DNA of 64,000 nucleotides. Origin: Elsinoe ampelina (taxonomy: Eukaryota). The position numbers were made by a program, and so were the translations under genes. Below the pieces are notes generated by a model that was given only the letters and a program-made list of their open reading frames with translations, was not told the origin of the DNA and ran no database searches. Of the stretch, positions 27,105-39,800 are shown piece by piece (position 1 is the stretch's first letter; each line of letters starts with the position of its first letter). The stretch is taken from assembly GCA_010093995.1 (NCBI GenBank), contig ML992512.1, positions 467,736 to 531,735 on the forward strand, in the 5' to 3' direction.

Positions 27105-28450
27105 TCAACGACGGCCGTGGGATCTCGTACCCATGCTGCCCTGAAGATTCTCGAGTTCCTGCTCGAGTTGCTTGATCTGCTGGTGACTCGTCTCTAGATC
27201 CTTATTGAGACGGTCTCGCTCGTTGATGAGCTTCTGTTCCCAGGAGCGGAAGCGCTGTTCCTCCACCTTGACCTGCTCGGTGAAGCGCTTGCGAAGAGCC
27301 TCTTCCTCCTCCTTGAATTTGGGGTTGTCCAGCTTCCTCGGACGCGCTTCGCCGAACTTGCGTGTCTCCATTTGTTGCGCGCGGTATGCCTCGTAGTGGT
27401 TCTCCTCGGTCGTGTGGATGAGGTCGAGCATGTGGTTACGGATCAGGACCGACCTCAGCTTGCGGAAATCGCAGTGGTCCTCGTTCTCTACCTCAGCGAC
27501 ACCCCACGCGTACTGGCGACCCTTGACGCTGCGGCCATCCGTTGTGGTCACGTCCTTTTCTGATCCAATGACGGCGAATGGCATGGCAGTAATGAGCTCG
27601 CGAGTAACCTTGAGCATACCCTCATCATCGTCGTCGAGAGCAGGCTGGTAAACCCTGATGTTCTGAGCCTCAATTGTGGTACGGACTCTTGACTTGAACC
27701 TCTGAAGGTCTGCTGGGCTGAGGGTGTCTGCCTTTGCGATGACCGGGATCAGGTTCACACGGGTACAGAGACGTTTCATGACCTCAATGTCTAGCGGCTT
27801 GAGAGTGTGACCAGTGGGACGAATGAAGTACAAGCAAACGTGTACACGAAGGTCAATCCTATCAGACCTGCGAGGCTGCTGCTCCTGAAGCATGTAGGAC
27901 TCGTGCTGGTCGTCAAGGAACTCGATGATGGGCTGCCATGAGTCGCGATTGTTGACGTAGTCCCCGAAGCCGGGTGTGTCAATAACGGTCAGACGAACTG
28001 TACAGTGTCAGGTTGTGCTTCTCCCACCTCGTGACCCTACTGACCCTTGAAGAACTTCTCTTCTAGCTCGGCCTTTGTGATCTCAATCTCAACCGTCTTG
28101 TCCACCTGCTTCGCATGCCTTCGGCGGTGGTCGGCGTAGTTCTTGATTGTGGTGGAAAAGAGGGTATTGATGAAGGTGGTCTTTCCGAGGCCCGACTCGC
28201 CAGCAACCTGCAAGGTGTTAAATCGAGGCGTTGATATAGCGAAGCTGTTAATTGCGTACCATGATCGTGAAGGACGCGCCACGCTTCGCGACAATCTTGT
28301 GGCTGTTGGACCATTAGTGTCTTGCTTGTAGGGAGATGCAGCCTGCTGTACCGTTGGTTGGGGAGCTTTGGAATGGTTAGCACATGGTGACGCGATAGCG
28401 TTGACAATACTTACATTGGCAATGCCAATTGGGGAGGCGACGTCGGCCAT
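27105..28450 (-). CDS. CDC12: Septin Cdc12/AspC; exons 28450-28415, 28365-28352, 28302-28260, 28207-28045, 27997-27105
   Basis: Spliced N-terminus [52 protein letters not shown], C-terminal coiled coil. Confidence 0.93.
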
Positions 28451-28900
28451 ATTGAGCTGTTGAGCTTCGTTGATCTTGCGATAGATTTGGTCTGGTCCGT
28501 CAGAGGGCGTTTCAGGAGTCGAGGGTTTGGAAGCTCTGTAGCTGCCAGTGGTGTTGAAGTGCGGAACGAGAACGCTGAACAAGCGGGGACGAGGCAATTG
28601 GTGATGGTGCAAGGCAGAAGAAAAGACAGTCTGATATGCTCAGACCTCCTGAAGGGACTCACCAAATGAAGCCGACTTGGAGTGAGAGAAGTACCTGGCT
28701 CGAGCGTTGGAGCGGCCGAGCAGGGGAAGAGGGACTGAGGAAGCAGAGCCGCAATCGTCCTTTCCCGTTTCGGTGCTGGTGGACCCTTGACTCTGGCGTG
28801 CAGATGTCTTGGCTTGATTTTCCTCCATCTGCAGTTTGATTGAAGAAACCGACATGGTCGATGAAGAATTGTAATCGACAAAAAATGATATCGTGACACC

Positions 28901-28910
28901 TGAAAATTTC
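28901..28910 (+). promoter_or_regulatory. RRPE-like element upstream of ribosome-biogenesis gene PWP2
   Basis: TGAAAATTTC 27 nt upstream of the PWP2 ATG; imperfect match to the yeast RRPE consensus. Confidence 0.25.
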
Positions 28911-28927
28911 GATAGAGGAAGAAGGAG

Positions 28928-31704
28928 ATGAAGACGGACTTCAGAGTAAAAAACCACTCCTGATCCTGACATGTGAAATAGCTGCTGACCACATGTATCA
29001 GTTTTCGAATTTGCTGGGCACGGTATACAGGCGAGGAAATCTACACTTTACGCCTGATGGAACGTGTCTGCTGTCACCAGTCGGCAATAGAGTGACGGTC
29101 TTCGATCTCGTCAAGTAGGTAGCCTCGGCTTCGGCTCACACATGCACTAATCGCCACAGTAACAAATCACATACTCTACCTTTCTCGCACAGAAAAAACA
29201 TCTCCAGGCTCGCCTTAAATCCTCGCGGAAATCTCCTTCTCACCGTCGACGAAGATGGACAGACAATCCTGACTCATATACAACGCCGCATTGTCCTCTA
29301 CCACTTCTCCTTCAAGGGTCCTGCATCCGCTCTTGCCTTCTCTCCATCTGGCGACCATTTCGCAGTGGCAATAGGCCGTCGGATAGAGACATGGCGAACG
29401 CCCTCCACTCCCGGTGACGATGAACAAGGCGGTCTGGAGTTCGCACCATTTGTCAAGCATAGAGACTACGTAGGCCACAACGACACTGTCTCGAGCATAG
29501 AGTGGTCTAGCGATTCTCGATTCTTCCTCTCAGCGTCCAGAGATTTGACTGCTCACATATGGAGTCTCGATCCAGAAGACGGCTTCACACCGACTACACT
29601 TGCCGGACATCGACAGGCCGTCCACGCAGCATGGTTCTCCGCCGATCAAGAAACCATCTACACCGTCTCTACAGATGGTGCGCTTTTCGCCTGGCGGTTC
29701 GTTGCACCCGCCGAGATCGAGGACCCGGATGGCACGCCGGCAGATGATCAATTTCGATGGCGAATCACTGACCGGCATTACTTCAACCAGACACCAGCGA
29801 CCTTAACTTGCGCCGCTTATCATCCATCAAGTAATTTGCTGGTAGCTGGGTTCTCGAACGGCGTGTTCGGTTTGTACGAGCTGCCGGACTTCAATCAGAT
29901 CCACAATCTCAGCATTTCACAAAACGACATCGACTTTGTAACAATCAACAAAACAGGCGAATGGCTTGCTTTCGGCGCTTCCCACACTGGTCAACTCCTC
30001 GTTTGGGAGTGGCAGTCGGAATCATACATCCTCAAGCAACAGGGGCATTTTGACTCGATACATGCACTTACATATTCTCCCTCCGGTGATCGCATCATCA
30101 CATGTTCGGAAGATGGCAAGGTCAAAATATGGGATGCTACTTCTGGGTTCTGCATCGTCACCTTCACTGAGCACACTTCATCGGTCACGGCTTGCGAATA
30201 CGCAAGGCGTGGTAATGTCTTATTCACAGCATCCCTGGACGGCTCAATCCGCGCTTGGGACTTGATCCGATACAGGAATTTCCGGACATACACAGCTCCC
30301 TCAAGACTTGCTTTCACTTCTGTAGCCGTGGATCCATCAGGAGAGGTCGTGGCTGCGGGATCGCAAGACAGCTTCGACATACACCTGTGGTCTGTTCAAA
30401 CCGGTCAATTGTTGGACCGACTTGCCGAACATGAAGGTCCTGTGTCCTCGCTGGCTTTCTCACCTGATGGCGGGTCTCTCATTTCAGGATCATGGGATCA
30501 TACCGTTCGTATATGGTCGGTGTTTGCTCGAACACAAACGAGTGAACCTCTCCAATTACAAGCAGATGTGCTCCGAGTGGCTGTGAGGCCTGATTCGCGG
30601 CAGGTCGCAGTCAGTACACTGGATGGGCAGCTCACCTTCTGGTCTATCTCGGAGGGATCACAACAAGCAGGACTTGACGGAAGACGGGATGCTTCTGGAG
30701 GTCGAAAGGCGTCGGATCGTCGGACCGCTGCCAATGCTGCGGGTACGAAGGCCTTCAACAGTCTCTGTTACAGTGCAGATGGTGCGGTCGTGGTCGCTTC
30801 AGGCAACAGCAAGTATATTTGCTTGTACGACGTGGAATCTGGTGTGTTGCTCCACAAGTATACTGTCAGTGTGAATCTATCTCTTGATGGCACACAAGAA
30901 TTTCTGAACAGCCGAAATTTGACAGAAGCTGGAGCTCGAGGACTCATTGACGAGACTGGAGAGGCTTCAGATCTGGAGGACCGACTAGACAAGTCCTTGC
31001 CTGGCGCTAAACGAGGCGATGCCGCGCAAAGACGACTCATACCAGAAGTCAAGGTGCCTGACGTCGCTTTTGCCCCCACAGGAAGGGCATTTTGCGCTGC
31101 CAGCACGGAAGGTCTGTTGATCTACAGTCTGGATACAGCCGTTGCCTTTGACCCCTTTGACTTGGACATCACTGTCACTCCGGCGTCGACCTTGAAGACG
31201 TTGAAGCAGGGTGATTATCTACGCGCACTTGTCATGGCGTTTCGCTTGAATAGCACAAATCTGGTTACAAGGGTATACAGGGCTGTGCCACCCGCAGATA
31301 TCTCTCTGGTCGTGAGAGATCTCCCTACAGTCTACCTCGACAGACTCGTTCGCCACATTGCGGAACAAGCAGATCAGACGCCTTTCCTTGAGCTCAACCT
31401 GACCTGGCTCAATGCCATCATCAGATCACATGGCGCAGCATTGAAGAAACGGCAAGGCGATTTTGGCGAAGTGGTCCGGATGATGCAAAGAGTGGTTGCA
31501 AAGGTACAGAGAGAAGTCATGGGTGTTGCAAGTAACAACGAGCATACCATTGACTTCCTTCTCGCTCAGAAACAGCCAGAGACTAATGGCCATGGCTTGC
31601 TGAACGGCGGTGAAGTGAAGGCTATCACCAATGGCGATGGTGAAGCTTCCGAGGATGAAGACATGGCGGAGGACGGTGAAGGGGAGTGGATAGGACTGGA
31701 CTAG
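28928..31704 (+). CDS. PWP2: U3 snoRNP/UTP-B WD40 protein Pwp2/Utp1; exons 28928-28945, 29002-29114, 29160-31704
   Basis: Spliced N-terminus MKTDFRFSNLLGTVYRRGNL, GQLLVWEWQSESYILKQQGH, many WD repeats, FDPFDLD and Utp12-type C-terminus. Confidence 0.95.
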
Positions 31705-31876
31705 ACAGACTCAAGATACCCAATGTAATGACAAGGAAATGCTCAAATGTTCTACCTCATCACTCTGCCATGACCTCACCGTCAACCATATATCGATGTA
31801 CCCTAACCCTACGCACTCAAATCCATTCCCTACCCCCCCACTTTCCACATCTCTCCCCCTCCATCACGAACATGGG

Positions 31877-33065
31877 ATGACATCCTTCCCGACAAAGCCC
31901 CTAGCCCGTCTAGGCGGTCACAATGGTCCGTTTCCCCCCTCGCTCTCACTCCCACACCACCCTAACGAGGCCCGCAGGCCAAGTCCTCGCCCTCACCTAC
32001 TCCTCCGGCTCAGGCCAATACGTACGTCCCCGCTCCCCTCCCTCCCCCCCTCCTCAAAACCTCCCACTAACCCGCCCCCCCATCAGCTCCTCACAGCCTC
32101 CACCGACCGACTCATCCGCCTCTTCTCCCCGCTCTCCCGCAACCCCCTAATCCAAACCTTCTCCGCCCACGGCTACCCCGTCTCAGACCTCTGCATCGCC
32201 CCGACAAACGCCACCTTCGTCTCCAGCGGCGGCGACAAGATCGTTTTCCTCTGGGACGTCGCCACCGCCTCGACGCTGCGGCGGTGGGCGGGGCACGCGG
32301 GGCGCGTCAACGCGGTGCGGTTCGCGGGGGACGGGGAGAGTTTGGTCGTCAGCGGGAGTTATGATGGGACGGTGAAGGTGTGGGATGTGAAGCAGAGGGG
32401 GGAGAGGCCTGTGGTGACGTGGGGGGAGGCGGGGGATAGTGTGGCTGCTGTTGAGGTGGGGGGTGCGGAGGTGTGGGTGGGGAGTGTGGATGGGAGGGTG
32501 AGGGGGTATGATGTGCGGATGGGGAGGGTGGTGGTTGATGTTATTGGGGGTGAGTTTGCGGGAAGAAAGCTGGGGTGGAGGGGACATGGCTGACGGGGGT
32601 AGCACCGGTGACGAGCTTGAGTTTGGCAAAGGCTGGCGATGCGTACCTCGTGGGGACGCTGGATTCGACGTTGAGGCTGATGGATAGGAGGGATGGGAAG
32701 TGTTTGCAGACTTTCAAGGATGGGGAGGTGGGCAAATGCTAAGGTCGTGTGGGTGTGGATGTGCTGACGAGCAGCAGTTTGACAACAAGAACTATCGACT
32801 TCGATCGACTTTTGCCGCGGCTGATTCGCTGGTCATGTCTGGAAGCGAAGACGGATATGTGTATGTCTGGGACGTCATGACAGGGAAGGTGGAGCATAAG
32901 CTGCGGCACACGCAGTCGTTGTTGGGAGATGGAAGGGGTGGTGATTCTGCAGGTGATGCCTCGAAAAAGTCAGTGGTTAGTGCTGTGGCGTGGAATCAGC
33001 TCAAGAAGCAATGGGCGTCTGCTGGAGGGGATGGCACGGTAGTGGTATGGGGCAGAGATGAATAG
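31877..33065 (+). CDS. WDR83: WD40 protein WDR83/MORG1 homologue; exons 31877-31925, 31978-32021, 32087-32549, 32603-32727, 32778-33065
   Basis: IQTFSAHGYPV, SSGGDKIVFLWDV, RRWAGH...VNAV, GSVDGRVR.YDVRMG, TLDSTLRLMD, SGSEDG; four GT-AG introns with CTAAC/CTGAC branch sites. Confidence 0.85.
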
Positions 33066-33559
33066 AGTATGATACTCGGTCAGATCGACAAAGGTGAATG
33101 TCAAGGTCGGCTTGAGAGTCGGCACATTGTTCGCATGGTCAGAACAAATGTGCTTGAGTAAGTGGTACGTGGATCTCGATGGAGGAGGGAGCCCAATGAA
33201 GTACTATAAATCACAAGGCTTATCTGTCACGCGATGGCAAGTCGGGAACATGTGCATGATTCAAAATCGTCTCCGTGAGTATAGGAATCTGTATTGGCAA
33301 TCCAAGCAAAAGCAAATTGTTATGAAAGTCCTGTGTACTCTGGTCTCATGCGTCTCCCGGCAGGCCCATTACTTGCGACCTCGGAAGCAGTGTAAAGACC
33401 AGATAGACCGTCTCGCAGGTCCTCGTCTCCCATCTCAGCCATCAAATTACATTGCTGCCATTGACACCTTTGTCGCACGGCAGGTATGAGTTTAGCTCCT
33501 CATCTGAGACCGACGCAAATTCTCCATCGAATTGCTAGCGTGAAGCCGTCCCATGCAGC

Positions 33560-36388
33560 TCACATAACCACACACTTGTTGATAGTCACCTGACTCTCCT
33601 CTTGTATCAAGTCAGCGTTGGGACAATTGCCGAGCCTGGGCCAATAAGAGAATCGTCGAATGTGCATCGCTGTATCGTGGAACAAGTCGGACAAGACTTC
33701 GATCGTCCCAGGGTCTTCAGTCTCGAGAAGCATCCTCCCGAGCTGGCGTCGAATGTCTTCCCCTGTCTCTTTCGATATCGCGAGGGCTTCTTCCCACACA
33801 GGACTTTTGGCGGTCTCGAGCTCCGCCATAAGCCTGTTGTACATGCCCTTGAGGTTGGCTGCGATGGCGAGCATGTGCAGTCCTGCGAACTGGTCATCGC
33901 CCGCGACATCACAGAAGATATCACAGGTGAATAGAGACAAGTATTCGAGTTTGCTCTTGACAACCGACATCTTGGACAAGTTGTCCGAGTGATCAGCAGA
34001 CTCTGAATTTTTTGCGATTGGACCGACACGCAGGACCGCTGGACCAGCAAGCGCGGCGCCCATGCTGACGAGATTGGATGCAGGCTGTACGCTCTTCGCG
34101 GTACCTTTGTGTTTCTGTAGGATGCTTTCGGTCATACCTGCGGCTCGAGCTCGCGCAAGGAGACGTTTTTGCGACTCTGATTGAGGCTCTTCTTGACATA
34201 ATGCCAGACCAATGCGATGGCGTGCGAGTGCAGAATCGAAGTACAGAGCGTCGTCATCGATCCGGTCGGCCGCCCAGTTGGCATCAGACAGGTTACCTAG
34301 TTCAGATTTCTGATTGAACAGCTTGTTGCCAGAGACATCTAGACAGCTTCGTAGATCAGGCTTGCGTCTAAGCTGGTCCCTCAAAGCCGCTTCTCGGAGT
34401 CGTATATTCCCTGCCTTTTGACGGGCAATTTGCCGCTCGAACTCCTCCCGGAAGTTTTTCACGGGTCTCTTGCCGTCTGCGAAACAAGCATGGGGAAGAT
34501 GGAGCATGAAAAGTTCAAACACTTGGTTTGTATGTGGGATTTCGTCCAAGTGCGACATTCGATTGTAGACATGAATGAGCATGATCGACTCATGGATCAC
34601 GTCCAGCACTCGCATGCCCACGCGGGTTGCCAACTCCATTGCTTCCACCAAAGCTGAGCCGCATGCCATTGGCGAATAAGTCCACAAACCGTTCTGGTCG
34701 TTTGCTGCGAAGCGGGATTCATGGCCGCATGAAGAATCACGAGCGAAAGGCGAGCGAGGGTAGTCTTTCGGAATCTCTTCGCGCAGTAGACGAAGCGCTT
34801 CGAGAGTGCCCGCGTAAGGCTTACTGTGTGAACAGGAATGGAATTCCAGTCCTTCCTCGAGGAGGTCTATGATGGAGTGAAAGTCAAGAGCCGTGTCCTC
34901 CCATTGCAGGAAACGCTCAATGTCTCGACGAGAATGGAAAGTATGTCGTCCCAAGAATGGCTCATGACCACCATGAACGTTGTAGCTCCAGCCCTTAGAA
35001 ATGACGAATGAGTCGACTGCAATTTGCAGGAAGAAGACCACGCTCGGCAAGACCTTAGGTTCTGCATTGCTGCCTGAGGAATTCGTCGCTAGCGCTAGGA
35101 TCGACCCTCCAAACTCCTCAAGTCCAGGTAGCCACTTTTGTCCCTTGAATGTTGTGCCCTTGTCAGCTGATCTTCGCTCAGACTTGGCGTTCAAGACGGA
35201 CCTCGATCCTGAAGAAGAGGCTGCAGCATTGACAAGATCATATAGCCAGTTGATCGTGTACAATCGACACCACTCCCTCCGCCCAACATCATTGAGCCGG
35301 CTGAGATCGTGTGCAGGATCCCAACCATCGAGGTCAATCCGCAATCGCTTTGTTGGACGCCCGGTACGATTCTGCTTGTAGTCCTTCAGAAAATCGACCA
35401 GGTTCTTGTACGTGTGTACAGAAAGAAGTTCTTCGATATCTACGGCGACTGATTCGTCTGCTGAATTCGTGCGGGAAGCCACAATATCACCGATCTGGTA
35501 ATTGTGTTGAAAAGCAGAGAGCAGAGGCTGGTAATATTCGTCCCCAGGGAAGTCTGCAGCGATCATAGCCTCTGTGCGGTGAATCATAGCAACAGCTACC
35601 TTGGTCAAAGCTGCCGCGCCTGCCGAGTTGAGGTCACGATAGACCACTTGCATCCAAATGTCCTGAAGTTGATTCCGGAAGGTCGAATAGTCCAGGACGA
35701 GGGAGTGGAGAGCCATGTGGTAGTCGGTTAAGGCGGTCTCGGCATCCTGTAAGATTTTATAACTTTGCAAGGGAAGGTCGTCGAGGTCGGCCGTCGCGGA
35801 CTGAGGGGTTTTTCTCTGTTCTTTGGTTTGTTTCCCTTTGGACTTGACTTTTCGTGGCCTCTTTTGGTGCACAGATTTGAATACCTGCTCCGTGTCGGCT
35901 TCGGTGTCCGATGTCTCGGATTCACTCTGCAGTCTGAGCAGCAAGAAACCCTTCGTCGTATCATCCACATGACCTGATCCTTGACCAGACGACGCTCGTG
36001 TAAGCCACTGGTCTCCGCCCAGCACTGTGAAGGCGGCTCGAAGGACACTGATGAAATGTGCATGAGATCTGTTGCTGGCGATGAGGACGGGGTCTTCATG
36101 ACTACTGTTGACACACATGTCCTCGTACATGCGATGGAAATTCGTTCGCGCAGCAATGATGTTTTGCAGCATGCTGAAAATCATTGACGGCACCTTGCGA
36201 ACATGATCGTGAATCAGGTGTGCGACGGGTAGTATGTCTACCAACTTGATCTGACCAGTTGTATTCATCTTGATATTGGGATCGGACGAGCGACCGGCTT
36301 TGATGATCGTATTGGAAGCCCGGAGCATCCAATGCAGCAATTGCTGCGTATCCTGCTTATAGCCCAGGTAGGCATTGCGGTTGTCCAT
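33560..36388 (-). CDS. DUF6604-like protein, paralogue A (942 aa), C-terminal CaaX box CVVM
   Basis: N-terminus NAYLGYKQDTQQLLHWM...IIAART...SNRSHAHFISVL is typical of the fungal DUF6604 N-domain (from memory); intronless. Confidence 0.75.
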   Translation of the reverse strand: MDNRNAYLGYKQDTQQLLHWMLRASNTIIKAGRSSDPNIKMNTTGQIKLVDILPVAHLIHDHVRKVPSMIFSMLQNIIAARTNFHRMYEDMCVNSSHEDPVLIASNRSHAHFISVLRAAFTVLGGDQWLTRASSGQGSGHVDDTTKGFLLLRLQSESETSDTEADTEQVFKSVHQKRPRKVKSKGKQTKEQRKTPQSATADLDDLPLQSYKILQDAETALTDYHMALHSLVLDYSTFRNQLQDIWMQVVYRDLNSAGAAALTKVAVAMIHRTEAMIAADFPGDEYYQPLLSAFQHNYQIGDIVASRTNSADESVAVDIEELLSVHTYKNLVDFLKDYKQNRTGRPTKRLRIDLDGWDPAHDLSRLNDVGRREWCRLYTINWLYDLVNAAASSSGSRSVLNAKSERRSADKGTTFKGQKWLPGLEEFGGSILALATNSSGSNAEPKVLPSVVFFLQIAVDSFVISKGWSYNVHGGHEPFLGRHTFHSRRDIERFLQWEDTALDFHSIIDLLEEGLEFHSCSHSKPYAGTLEALRLLREEIPKDYPRSPFARDSSCGHESRFAANDQNGLWTYSPMACGSALVEAMELATRVGMRVLDVIHESIMLIHVYNRMSHLDEIPHTNQVFELFMLHLPHACFADGKRPVKNFREEFERQIARQKAGNIRLREAALRDQLRRKPDLRSCLDVSGNKLFNQKSELGNLSDANWAADRIDDDALYFDSALARHRIGLALCQEEPQSESQKRLLARARAAGMTESILQKHKGTAKSVQPASNLVSMGAALAGPAVLRVGPIAKNSESADHSDNLSKMSVVKSKLEYLSLFTCDIFCDVAGDDQFAGLHMLAIAANLKGMYNRLMAELETAKSPVWEEALAISKETGEDIRRQLGRMLLETEDPGTIEVLSDLFHDTAMHIRRFSYWPRLGNCPNADLIQEESQVTINKCVVM

Positions 36389-36809
36389 GATGCTGTAGAC
36401 TGCATCGCAAAGTTTCGGTAGGAATTGATTGTGGGAAGTTGTGAAGGGCGGGTGAGTGGGTTGAAGCCAAGAGGTGTTGAGTACAAGCGCAATCCTTCCA
36501 GGCGCGGGTCACACTGCCCCTCAAATAAGGTGCGGTGTAGCGGGATTTACTTTGTGCGTGTCTCCAAAGGTCAGGTATCGTTGAGAGGTCACTGTCTGGG
36601 CAGGTCTGGATTGACAGTGCGCCGCGGAGCTTCGGTCAATGGCATTCAGCATTCGACTGTGCGTGTGTCTCCAGGAGCCAAGTACAGCAATCGATTCGTT
36701 CAAGCGACGCCAAACGCCGTCTTGGTCGCGCGCCAATTGAGAAACAACAATAACGCCCCGGCTTGCCTATTTCAACCATATCGGCCGCGAGCATACATCG
36801 ACCTGATGC

Positions 36810-39800
36810 TCAAATCACAGGCCATGGCCTAGGAAGAAGTACAAAGCCTGTTTCGACAGGCCTCAAAGTCTTCTGCTGTTCCATAAAAGACTCAAGAATT
36901 GACCGGAAGATCAGAGCGCCCAAAAGCGCTGTGAGCATCAGGATGAGTAATGATATCTTGTCGATCTGCTTCGGCTGGGGCTTCTGAGCGTAGCCTGGTA
37001 GTGGGATGGCTAGATCGTTGCCCGGCACCTTTACATTAGTGACCGTGGCCCAGGCTGACTGGCCCAAAATCTGTCTTTGGATCTCTGTCGCTAATTTGGA
37101 TATGTGGCTATTGACGAATGCCACCTCTTTGGCGTCCGGCATCATTTGTAATCGTCTCCAGTACAGAAACACCTCAAAATCCTGTGCTTGCTTTTGGAAC
37201 ACTTTAGCGATCATACTCAGGCACTTCTTGTCGTCGGTCGCCAGGATCATGCGAGTGAATGCATCTTTGAGGTCTCGAATACCAAGATTCTTCGCCATCA
37301 AGACTTTCTGCCAGAATGGTCTATAATTGCTCTCAATTTCCTCCTTGAAGGCTGTTGACAGGTCCAGGAGCTTGGAGGCGAAAAAGAAGTAATTGACGCC
37401 ACTGTAGGGGAAGCGGCCCCAGATGTCCTGGTTATATTCTGCCTTGGATAAATAGAGAGTGTCCGCATTGTCACCGCAGCATGCATGACCAATGTGGTTG
37501 TCTCGGCTCAAGCTTGCAAAGCCCACAGGACCACGAGAGGTCGAATTTGCTGTGGTGCCAAGATCACCACTGCCCATGAAAGCCTTCAGCTTTGCGGATG
37601 TGCATCCATCTGCAATCTCCCGATGATGTTTGACGACTTCCATTACTAGTTCTTCTTTGACACCGAAGAGCTTGCAACGATCTCGTAAGACGGGACGAGA
37701 GGCGGGGACACGGCCATCTACCGAGCAGCGAGCAATGACGAGTGAACCCCAGTGAGAGTACACAGAGATATCCTCGTCGGAGATGTTCTCATGATTGTAG
37801 TCGACGTCTCGAAATACCGCCCACTGCGACTTGTGGCGGAAGAGCCTGTTGCTCTCCGAGGAGATGTCATAGGCCTCCAGGTTCTTCAGCAGATTACGAG
37901 TGCTTGGGTGCATGGAACGAGCAGCCACTCGCTCAATGTATGTCGTTTCGAAACCGTTGGCCGGCACACGAGATCCCCCGAAGACGTAAACCCTGAATAT
38001 GTTCTGCATGTTTGTGTGCATGGAGATTGTCTCCTTGAGTGCCTTGGTCTGAATGAGTTTGTGGTAGATATGGGCGACCTGTAAAGGCTCCGGCATAATA
38101 TCGAAGACTTTCATGCTGACCTCGTAGATGACCTCAAGACATTTTGCCAGTGCCATACCAGCCAGGTAGGGAGAGTATTCCCAAAGACCATTCCTGGTAG
38201 TTCTCGTGAAACGTGATAAGGTTTCGTTCTCCCCAGAAACTAGGTGAGAAACTCCCAGATCCTTTACCACATCCCATTGAAGCTTGCGCAGCAGGCTGAT
38301 CAGTGCTTCTGGGTAGACGAACTTGCCTGCTGCCTCGTTCTCCATCTCGAGCCGCAGGTAGAGGTCCTGGATCGTGGAAATGAAACAGACATCGTCTTGT
38401 GGGAAGCCTCTCAGGAAGGTTTCAACATCACGCAACGACTCGTATGGCTGAGAATTCCCGTATTTGGGAGCGTCGTGGAACAAGTGACCTTTGAAAGGAT
38501 CTTCGATCCATCCACGGCATGCAGTGAAGGAATCGACCATCATCTGGAGTTGGAAAACGAGGGCAGGCGTGATCTCCGATCGAAAAGCTTTGTTCGGCTT
38601 TTGCATAGCGAACTCTGCGATCACTTCCGCAAATGGAGCGAGCCCAAAGAGGCCACGATGGTCTCCGAACAGGTTGACTGGCACTGTGTGGTCTGACTTC
38701 TGGGGATCTCCGGTTGGAGAGGCAGCCACTGGAGCATTCCGCCATGCGTTGACGAGCTCGTAGAGATAATTGATCGTATACTTCCGACGCCATAGCAATC
38801 TGGAACTGTCTGACATGGCTGTGATGTCGGCATTGGGATTCCAGAGATCGAGCTGGAGTTTCTTTGCCATGTCTTTGGTAGGCTTCCCATTGCGATTCTG
38901 CTGATAATCTGAGATGAAATCGATGAGATCGTAGAATGTGTGCATGGACAATGCCTCTTTGGCGTCAAGGAATGGAACATCCTGGCCTGTCATGATCACA
39001 GAGCCAGGGCGAGACGATCCAGCGTTGTGTGAGATCTTGAAGATGTAATCCAGGGTGAATAGCATATTGTCGAAACCGTCTTCTCCGGGGAAGTCTTGAG
39101 CAATGGTATGCGCGGCACGCCTAATGATACTCAGGGCGTGGTTGGAGGTTCCTCCAATTACTGCCGCATTATCTTTGCCGAAAGCCACACGGGACCAATT
39201 CAATTGCATCTCCTTTCGCAAATTTACCCATTCGTGGAAGAAGGAGAAGATGGCCATGAAGTAGTCTGTGCGACGATCGGCATCTTCATGCACGAATCGG
39301 CAAGCTTCTAGAGGAATGTTGTCCTCAAACATCGAGTCCAGCTGCTGGTCAGGCGATGGTAGGGTGGAGGATCGTGTCCTATGCTTTCGTCCAGCACCAG
39401 ATTTTGCGCGCTTCCGAGCTTGCTTGCTGTTGATTGTTTGACTGGGTTCCTCGACATCCTTGTCGACTTCATCGTTGCTGAAGTCAAGGGCGAGGTCTAG
39501 CGACGAGAAGGCATTGGCGAAGCTCGAGTCCTTTCGATCGCCATGGATTTCTGCATGGCCGCTGGCTAGCCATTCCTCGCCTCTCAAGGCTTTGAATGTA
39601 TCTTGCAACAGGCCGATGAAGTGGGCATGGGTCTGATTGCCTAGCTTCACATGGGGATCCGAGGATTGTGCGGATCTGGCCTCGAAGCTCTTGTTGAAGG
39701 CAGTCCGTGCATCGATAACATGTTTGAGAAGACTGAGGACTACGTCTGGTATTTTTTTCGTATGTCTCGCGACGAGTCTTGCAAGAATCACCAGCTCGCG

